A stretch of DNA of 64,000 nt from Actinomycetes bacterium (GTDB lineage: Bacteria > Actinomycetota > Actinomycetes > S36-B12 > UBA5976). This document shows positions 57,771 to 64,000 of the stretch, in pieces (position 1 is the first letter of the stretch; the number at the start of each line of letters is the position of its first letter). The translations under genes and the position numbers were made by a program. The stretch lies in NCBI GenBank assembly GCA_038145175.1, contig JAYQPE010000004.1:111206-175205 (forward strand), read 5' to 3'. Below the pieces are notes generated by a model. It was given only the letters and a program-made list of their open reading frames with translations, had not been told where the DNA came from and searched no databases.

Positions 57771-58652
57771 ATGACAAATATTTACGATTTATTAGATCAA
57801 GGAAAAACATTAATCAGTGATGGTGCTATGGGCACCATGTTGCAAGAAGCTGGTTTAACTGATGGCGGTGCACCTGAATTATGGAATGTAGAACATCCTG
57901 CCAAAGTTGCAGAAATATTAGATAGTTATGCAAAAAATGGTGCAAATCTTTTAACCACAAATACATTCGGTGGTACTAAACCAAGATTACAAATGCATCA
58001 ATTAGAAGATAGAGTTTTTGAATTAAATAAAGCAGCTGCAGAACTTGCTAAAAAAGTTGCCAGTAAATATCCAGAATGTTTTGTCATGGGAGATATTGGT
58101 CCAAGTGGTGAATTAATGGAACCAATGGGCACATTAACAATTGATCAAGCCAAAGAAATTTTTGCTGAACAAATTAAAGGTTTAGTTGCAGGTGGAGTGG
58201 ACGCAATTTTGATTGAAACGATGAGTGACTTGGCAGAAGTAGAAGCTGCTGTCAAAGCAAGTCAAGAAGTTGCTCCAGGTTTACCAATTATTGTTACTTT
58301 TTCGTTCGACACAAATTTAAGAACCATGATGGGTGTTAAACCAGAAATGGCGGTTAAACAAATTTCTGCATTAGGAGTTAGATTAATTGGGGCAAATTGT
58401 GGCCGTGGAACTGATGAAATGAAAATCATTGCCCAAGAATTAGCAAATGCAAGACAGCCTGGAACATATCTAATTACTCAATCAAATGCAGGTTTACCAA
58501 AACTTGTGGGAGATGAATTTATTTATGATGGCTCTCCAGAAGAAATGGCAAAATATGCCAAAGAAATGAAAGAAATCGGAATTAATGTTATTGGTTCTTG
58601 CTGCGGTTCAACACCTAAGCACACCAAAGCAATTAGTGAAGCTGTTAAATAA
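57771..58652 (+). CDS. stand-alone homocysteine S-methyltransferase (Bmt/split-MetH type)
   Basis: DGAMGTML, PELWN, TNTFGG, IETMSDL, GANCG, SNAGLP, GSCCGSTP with three Zn-Cys; no pterin or B12 domains fused. Confidence 0.88.
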   Translation: MTNIYDLLDQGKTLISDGAMGTMLQEAGLTDGGAPELWNVEHPAKVAEILDSYAKNGANLLTTNTFGGTKPRLQMHQLEDRVFELNKAAAELAKKVASKYPECFVMGDIGPSGELMEPMGTLTIDQAKEIFAEQIKGLVAGGVDAILIETMSDLAEVEAAVKASQEVAPGLPIIVTFSFDTNLRTMMGVKPEMAVKQISALGVRLIGANCGRGTDEMKIIAQELANARQPGTYLITQSNAGLPKLVGDEFIYDGSPEEMAKYAKEMKEIGINVIGSCCGSTPKHTKAISEAVK

Positions 58653-58660
58653 TTTCATAA

Positions 58661-59338
58661 ATGGATAATGACGAGTATTTAGTTAACAGACCTGATTTAG
58701 GTGATCGTTCCGAAGTTCAAGCTGGAGAGTTTTATCCAGTTGTTGGAGTTGGACCACATCCAAGACCTTGGCCAGAAGGTGAACAATATGATCCTCAATA
58801 TTTAGAAAATGGGGATAAAAGAAATGTGCTGGATAAATATAGATATTGGTCTGTGGCAGCAATTGTTAAAGATTTAGATAAATCCAGAAATCCATTACAT
58901 ATTGCAATTGAGAATTGGCAACATGATTTAAATATTGGTTCTGTGGTTAGAACTGCTAATGCTTTTAACGTTGCTGGAGTTCACATCATTGGTAAACGGG
59001 ATTGGAACAAAAGAGGTGCGATGGTTACCGATAAATATTTACATCTTTTCCATCACGCAACAATTAATGAATTTAGTCAATGGACTAAGAAGAATAATGT
59101 TCCTGTAATAGGAATAGATAATGTGGAAAATTGTGAACCTTTAGAGACAGCAAAATTACCTAATCCTTGTGCTTTTTTATTTGGTCAGGAAGGTCCAGGT
59201 TTATCTGAAGAAGCATTATCTATTTGTGAAAAAATTTATGAGATCAAACAATATGGTTCAACCAGATCAATGAACGCCTCCGCAGCAGGTGCGATTGCGA
59301 TGTTTGCTTGGGGTTTGCAACATATAAAGTCTAGCTAA
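58661..59338 (+). CDS. TrmH/SpoU family RNA methyltransferase
   Basis: ENWQHDLNIGSVVRTANAF, FGQEGPG, QYGSTRSMNASAA. Confidence 0.93.
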   Translation: MDNDEYLVNRPDLGDRSEVQAGEFYPVVGVGPHPRPWPEGEQYDPQYLENGDKRNVLDKYRYWSVAAIVKDLDKSRNPLHIAIENWQHDLNIGSVVRTANAFNVAGVHIIGKRDWNKRGAMVTDKYLHLFHHATINEFSQWTKKNNVPVIGIDNVENCEPLETAKLPNPCAFLFGQEGPGLSEEALSICEKIYEIKQYGSTRSMNASAAGAIAMFAWGLQHIKSS

Positions 59339-59891
59339 ATAATGATTTCGTAATAAATCTTTTTGTAATATGAATTTTTGATTTGAAGCTTGATGAATAC
59401 CTTCCTGGTGGAATCACAACGACTATTTTTTTACTTGGATGACTTAAATCAAATTTATTTATAACTGGTAGAAAATCTGCATCAGCACTTATCAAATACA
59501 CTTTACTAATTTCATTTTTGTCGAAACACTTTACTATACGAAGCGCAATATTAACATCGGTATATTTTTCTGAGTATTTTTTAATTAAATTTCCACATTT
59601 TTCACATTTTAATATACGTAATTTATATTCTCCAGTAAAAATTCTTACTGAATTTAATGATTTATTTTTTGTAATAAAACTTCTTTGTCTTTTTGCATTC
59701 TCCGAATTACCGAAAAAATACGATGTGCAAAGATCTATTTCTTCTATTTCCTCATCATCTTTAATTATTAAATTTGCTAACTTTTCTAGATTAATAGATA
59801 AAAAACGATCACCAAATCTATTTTTTACCGCATGAAAAAGATTTAAACCATCCACAATAAATACAACTTTTTTTCTATATCTTGATTGCAA
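59331..59891 (-). CDS. NYN-domain (PIN-like, LabA/DUF88) nuclease
   Basis: VDGLN, CEKCG, EKYTDVNIA, LISADADF with the catalytic Asp set intact; GGAGA SD before TTG. Confidence 0.85.
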   Translation of the reverse strand: MQSRYRKKVVFIVDGLNLFHAVKNRFGDRFLSINLEKLANLIIKDDEEIEEIDLCTSYFFGNSENAKRQRSFITKNKSLNSVRIFTGEYKLRILKCEKCGNLIKKYSEKYTDVNIALRIVKCFDKNEISKVYLISADADFLPVINKFDLSHPSKKIVVVIPPGRYSSSFKSKIHITKRFITKSLFS

Positions 59892-59922
59892 AATTTCTCC
59901 ATGATAGTATTAGATTTCAACC

Positions 59923-59966
59923 TGCATTGGTATAACCAATGCATAACGGCCCCGAAAGGGGTCGTT
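59923..59966. other. two tandem hairpins upstream of the NYN gene
   Basis: tgcattggt-ata-accaatgca (59923-59943) and aacggcccc-gaaa-ggggtcgtt (59945-59966). Confidence 0.7.
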
Positions 59967-60071
59967 CCTTTATATAAGCAAACTTTTTCATCTCACGTTT
60001 ACAGTCAATGAATAGTTGTGGATAACTAATAATGTGGAAAACTCAATTGGGGCATAGAATTTTGAAAACTT

Positions 60072-61541
60072 ATGAAAACTAAAAGAATAATTTTTCCTGA
60101 CCAACTCGGTGATCATTTTATTAATGATCATGATGGTGAGATCATCATTTTGATTAGTAAAGAAGATATGTGGGCTCGTAAAATGCATCGAGCTAAAGCC
60201 CAATGGTGGTTAAGTGCGATTTGGCATAAGAAAGAAGAACTGGGTAAAAGATGCGAAGTATTAGAAGTAAACACGGTAAAAGAATTTGTAAATAGTTTTA
60301 AAGGCAAAGCTTCTGTTATTGCTCCAACCGGTTATCGATCAAGAAAAGCATTCATGAATAAAGACAATTTTGAGAAACTACCTTCCAGAGGTTTTGTATT
60401 GAGTGAAAAAGATTTTGCTTTGTGGATAAGTAAAAGGGAAAATAAGAAATTAAAACTAGAAGATTTCTATAGATTTCAAAGAGTATTTCATTCCGTGTTG
60501 GTTGATGGAAAAGAAAATCCTGTTGGTGGAGCTTGGAATTTTGACCATGAAAATAGATTGCCTCCCCCAAAAAATGTTAAAACTCTTGATTTAGAAAAGC
60601 CTTATTATCCAAAAGAGGATGAAATTGATGAATTTGCTCGAAAAGAAATCAAACGATTAGAAAAAGAAGGCTTTAAATTCATTGGCACTGATAGTAAAAG
60701 AGTTTTTGCTGCTACTGAAAAGGAAGCAAATAAATTATTAAAAAACTTCTTTGAAACAAGATTAAAACAATTTGGACCATATGAAGATGCATCATTAATT
60801 GATGACTGGCATATGTCTCATTCTCTGCTTTCTGCACCATTAAACATTGGTTTACTTGATCCGATAAAAGTAATTAGAGATGCTGAAAAAGAATTAAAAA
60901 ATAAAGCACCAATAGCAAGTGTGGAGGGCTTTATTAGACAAATTCTTGGTTGGCGAGATTACATTTGGCATCTTTATTGGTATTTTGGCGAAGATTATTC
61001 GAATAAAAATAACCATTTAAATGCCAAAAAGAAATTACCAAATTGGCTAGAAGAATTGGATAATTCAAAAATTAAAGCAAATTGTTTAAGTCATGTAGTA
61101 AAAGATTTAAATGAAAGAGCTTGGGTACATCACATCCAACGACTAATGATTTTAGGAAGTTGGTGTATGCAACAAGGAATTAATCCTCAAGAATTAGTGG
61201 ATTGGTTTGATCGCGCTTTCATCGATGGTCATCCTTGGGTTATGGCAGCAAATGTAATTGGGATGAGCCAGTATGCAGATGGTGGAAAAATGTCTACCAA
61301 GCCTTACACCAGTGGTGGAAGTTATATAAATAAAATGAGTAATTTTTGTTCAAGTTGTGTCTATAAACCAGATGTAAGGGTGGGAAGTCAAGCTTGTCCA
61401 TTTACTGCTGGATATTGGAAATTTATTGATAAACATAAAGATGAATTTAAGAAAAATATCAGAATGAGCCAAAGTGTAAATGGGCTTAAAAGGTTGAAGG
61501 ATTTAAATCAATTATTGAAGGAAGATTCAAATACTATTTAA
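60072..61541 (+). CDS. FeS-BCP type cryptochrome/(6-4) photolyase
   Basis: IIFPDQL, GGAWNFDHENR, FGPYEDA, HSLLSAPLNIGLL, HHIQRLM, KPYTSGGSYINKMSNFC..C, ACPF (4Fe-4S Cys). Confidence 0.92.
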   Translation: MKTKRIIFPDQLGDHFINDHDGEIIILISKEDMWARKMHRAKAQWWLSAIWHKKEELGKRCEVLEVNTVKEFVNSFKGKASVIAPTGYRSRKAFMNKDNFEKLPSRGFVLSEKDFALWISKRENKKLKLEDFYRFQRVFHSVLVDGKENPVGGAWNFDHENRLPPPKNVKTLDLEKPYYPKEDEIDEFARKEIKRLEKEGFKFIGTDSKRVFAATEKEANKLLKNFFETRLKQFGPYEDASLIDDWHMSHSLLSAPLNIGLLDPIKVIRDAEKELKNKAPIASVEGFIRQILGWRDYIWHLYWYFGEDYSNKNNHLNAKKKLPNWLEELDNSKIKANCLSHVVKDLNERAWVHHIQRLMILGSWCMQQGINPQELVDWFDRAFIDGHPWVMAANVIGMSQYADGGKMSTKPYTSGGSYINKMSNFCSSCVYKPDVRVGSQACPFTAGYWKFIDKHKDEFKKNIRMSQSVNGLKRLKDLNQLLKEDSNTI

Positions 61542-61685
61542 TTAATTCTCTTTTTCTCATGTCATTAATGATATTTTCACAGAATAAATTAATTATTTGA
61601 ATCAGATTTAATGTTCACAAAAAAATCATTACATTTAAGTAATAATATTAACTTTTTTATTACTTTACTTTCACAACAATATATT

Positions 61686-62279
61686 TTAATCTATTTTAAA
61701 AGTCAAAATGTTTTGAATTAATTCGGCTAAAATCTTTTTCTTTTTCTCCGCGGAAGCTTTTTTGAAACCATCTAAATTAACTATTTCACCTGTAAAAATT
61801 AGGCCAGTGATAAGCGAGGACATTAAATTTGATCTAATTGCAAAGTTATCTAAGTTTATTGATTTAAATGAATTTAAGAATTGTTGTTCATATGTCTTTT
61901 TTAATATTTGTGCCGCTTTTTCTTCAGTCGATGCAGCACGAATTAAGCCTAAAATCGATTGGGGAAACGTTTTCTTTCCTTCGCCAAGAAGTATCTCGGT
62001 TATTGCAGCTCCCCATGTTTCTTTGGGAATAACTTTCAATAAATTCATAATTGCTTGAGCCTCTACAGGTGGCTCCATACTTTCTGCAAACAAAATTTCT
62101 TTAGTCTTGTAGTAGTGCATGATTAAACTTGGATCAACTTTGGCAATTTCAGCAATATGGCGAATAGTTGATTTCTCATAACCCAATTGAGCAAAACTAA
62201 TTTTGGCTGCCTTGATGATTTCAGCTTTAAGGTCAGTTGAATTCTTGGGTCTTCGACCCGGATTTTTGGTTTTTCCCAC
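61686..62279 (-). CDS. TetR family regulator
   Basis: GRRP, IIKAAKISFAQLGYEKSTIRHIAEIAKVDPSLIMHYYKTKE. Confidence 0.92.
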   Translation of the reverse strand: MGKTKNPGRRPKNSTDLKAEIIKAAKISFAQLGYEKSTIRHIAEIAKVDPSLIMHYYKTKEILFAESMEPPVEAQAIMNLLKVIPKETWGAAITEILLGEGKKTFPQSILGLIRAASTEEKAAQILKKTYEQQFLNSFKSINLDNFAIRSNLMSSLITGLIFTGEIVNLDGFKKASAEKKKKILAELIQNILTFKID

Positions 62280-62294
62280 ACCCTATTGTACATA

Positions 62295-62333
62295 ATTAAA
62301 CACTTGTTGTAATGTATTAAACACTTGTTTAAT
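62295..62333. promoter_or_regulatory. two TetR-type operators between divergent tetR and MFS genes
   Basis: Perfect palindrome attaaaca-ct-tgtttaat (62316-62333) and an imperfect copy 21 bp upstream (attaaacacttgtt at 62295). Confidence 0.75.
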
Positions 62334-62350
62334 TGTATGGGGGTAATTAG

Positions 62351-63853
62351 ATGTCTGCAGTATTTAACCGCAAAGGTGTACTTTCCACTGTTGGTCTAAG
62401 TCTTATGACGGTTGTCTCAGCAGTAGCTGGACTAAACGTGGCGCTTCCATCACTTGCTGTTGAGCTTTCGGCTACACAAACTCAATTAACTTGGATTGCA
62501 GATTCTTACACCGTTGTTTTCGCTGGATTACTTTTACTTGCAGGTGCAATTGGTGATAAGTATGGAAGAAAAAATATTTTAGCTATTGGTCTTGTGATTT
62601 TTGGTTTTGCCAGTTTAGGTGGATTTCTAGCGACTGATGCAAATTTTGTCATTTGGATGAGAGCAATCATGGGAATTGGCGCTGCTGCAATTATGCCTTC
62701 AACATTATCCGTAATTACAACTTCATTTCCTAAAGATGAAAAATCAAAAGCAGTTGGAATTTGGGTTGCCATAGTGTCTGCTGGAGCAATTGTTGGATTA
62801 TTTGGTTCTGCATTGCTATTGGAATTTTATGCCTGGAATTCATTCTTTGCACTTAATTTAATTTTGGCTGCGATATCTTGGATTGGAACTATAAAATTTG
62901 TACCTGAATCAAAAGATGAAGTGCTAAATAGATTAGATTATTTTGGAGGAATACTAAGCGTAATTGGAATTGGCGCTTTAGTATTTGGAATTATTGAGGG
63001 ACCTGAAAACGGTTGGTCAAATCCAATTACTATTACAAGTCTTACTTTTGGAATTTTGGGATTAATCTTTTTTGTTCTATGGGAATTAAGACTAAAAAAT
63101 CCATTACTAGATCCTCGTCTTTTTAAAAATAGGGGTTTTAGCGCAGGAACTATTTCTATTACTTTACAATTTTTTGGCCAATTTGGCTTTATTTTCTTAG
63201 TCGTTCAATATTTACAATTTGTTGTGGGTTTTTCTGCTTTAGAATCTGCTTTAAGAATTCTGCCTATGGCTTTAGTGGTTGGACCTACTTCTAGATTTGC
63301 TGGAAAATTAAATAAAACTATTTCTCAAAAATATTTAGGCTCAATCGGAATGTTTATGTTTGGTTTGGGCTTGTTCTTTATGAGATATCTAACTCCTGAC
63401 TTCAATTATGCCCAATTCTTATTTGCACTATTTTTCTTTGCATTTGGACTTGGCTTAGCCGCTACTCCTGCAACCACAGTCATTATGTCTTCCTTACCGC
63501 AAAGTAAACAAGGAGTTGCCTCAGCTGTTAATGACACTGCAAGAGAATTTGGAGCAGCATTAGGTATTGCGATTCTAGGTTCAGCTTTAACTAATAGTTA
63601 CAAAAACGAAATGGCAACAGTTACTGCAAATCTTCCTGCAGAAGTTAGTGAAAGAATAAATTCTTCATTGGCATTTACCCAAATCAATCCACCTGCTCAA
63701 TTGCAACCGGTTTGGGAAAACCTTGTTAACTCTGGTTTTGAAGCTTTCTCAAATGGAATGTCTACTTCATTAACTATTGCAGCAATATCCTCTTGGGTGG
63801 CAGCGGCGTTGATTTTTGTTGTTGCGCCAAAGCAAAATCAGAAAGCAAAATAA
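62351..63853 (+). CDS. DHA2 (EmrB/QacA) MFS efflux transporter
   Basis: LNVALPSL, GAIGDKYGRK, RAIMGIGAAAIMPST, DPRLF, GVASAVNDTAREFG; about 14 TMs. Confidence 0.93.
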   Translation: MSAVFNRKGVLSTVGLSLMTVVSAVAGLNVALPSLAVELSATQTQLTWIADSYTVVFAGLLLLAGAIGDKYGRKNILAIGLVIFGFASLGGFLATDANFVIWMRAIMGIGAAAIMPSTLSVITTSFPKDEKSKAVGIWVAIVSAGAIVGLFGSALLLEFYAWNSFFALNLILAAISWIGTIKFVPESKDEVLNRLDYFGGILSVIGIGALVFGIIEGPENGWSNPITITSLTFGILGLIFFVLWELRLKNPLLDPRLFKNRGFSAGTISITLQFFGQFGFIFLVVQYLQFVVGFSALESALRILPMALVVGPTSRFAGKLNKTISQKYLGSIGMFMFGLGLFFMRYLTPDFNYAQFLFALFFFAFGLGLAATPATTVIMSSLPQSKQGVASAVNDTAREFGAALGIAILGSALTNSYKNEMATVTANLPAEVSERINSSLAFTQINPPAQLQPVWENLVNSGFEAFSNGMSTSLTIAAISSWVAAALIFVVAPKQNQKAK

Positions 63854-63856
63854 AAG

Positions 63857-64000
63857 TTAGCTAATTAAAAACTTTGCAATTGCTTCATATAGTGGAATGC
63901 CAAATATTAAATTAAATGGAAACGTAATTCCGATTGAGCAAGTTAGAGCAAGGCCAAATTTTGCTTTAGGTAGCGCAATTGAAACAGCTGCAGGTGCTGC
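63857..64000 (-). CDS. sbtA: C-terminus of sodium-dependent bicarbonate transporter SbtA family permease (truncated by window edge)
   Basis: My translation of the minus strand: AAPAAVSIALPKAKFGLALTCSIGITFPFNLIFGIPLYEAIAKFLIS*. (S)xGITFPFNxxxGIPLY is the SbtA C-terminal signature. Confidence 0.75.
   Translation of the reverse strand, partial: AAPAAVSIALPKAKFGLALTCSIGITFPFNLIFGIPLYEAIAKFLIS

Overview
AT-rich (roughly one-third GC by eye), very compact bacterial chromosome segment. Conserved synteny (metG-tatD-rsmA-ispE-TetR-tRNA-Gln-glmU-prs-rplY-pth-mfd-mazG-eno-divIC-DUF501-ppx-tRNA-Leu, and galU-rimJ-sepX, FmdB-SAF, pdxH-citrate synthase 2-serC) points to a streamlined member of Actinomycetota. 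Two different photolyases suggest a sunlit aquatic habitat (inference). The main accessory block is a ~17.4 kb aerobic carbon monoxide dehydrogenase island (6542-23877). It holds a form I coxMSL (CoxL active-site motif AYRCSFR), coxG, coxD/coxE, three XdhC-family paralogues (one fused to a YHS metal-binding domain), mocA, moaA/B/D/E, moeA and a TauE/SafE permease, plus several unexplained co-located genes. The most striking of these is a tandem array of five small, similarly built single-pass membrane proteins co-transcribed directly behind coxG (9585-10988). This is the best candidate for an undescribed system, possibly a membrane anchor or quinone-conducting stalk for CODH. Other observations: a histone-like Lys-rich protein, a Lys-rich GlmU tail, a candidate L25 mRNA leader, an NYN nuclease preceded by tandem hairpins, a 27-aa membrane peptide missed by the ORF track, a stand-alone homocysteine methyltransferase, and a truncated sbtA-like bicarbonate transporter at the right edge. 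No CRISPR array, rRNA, integrase or transposase was seen. All family assignments come from motif recognition by eye; no database searches were run.
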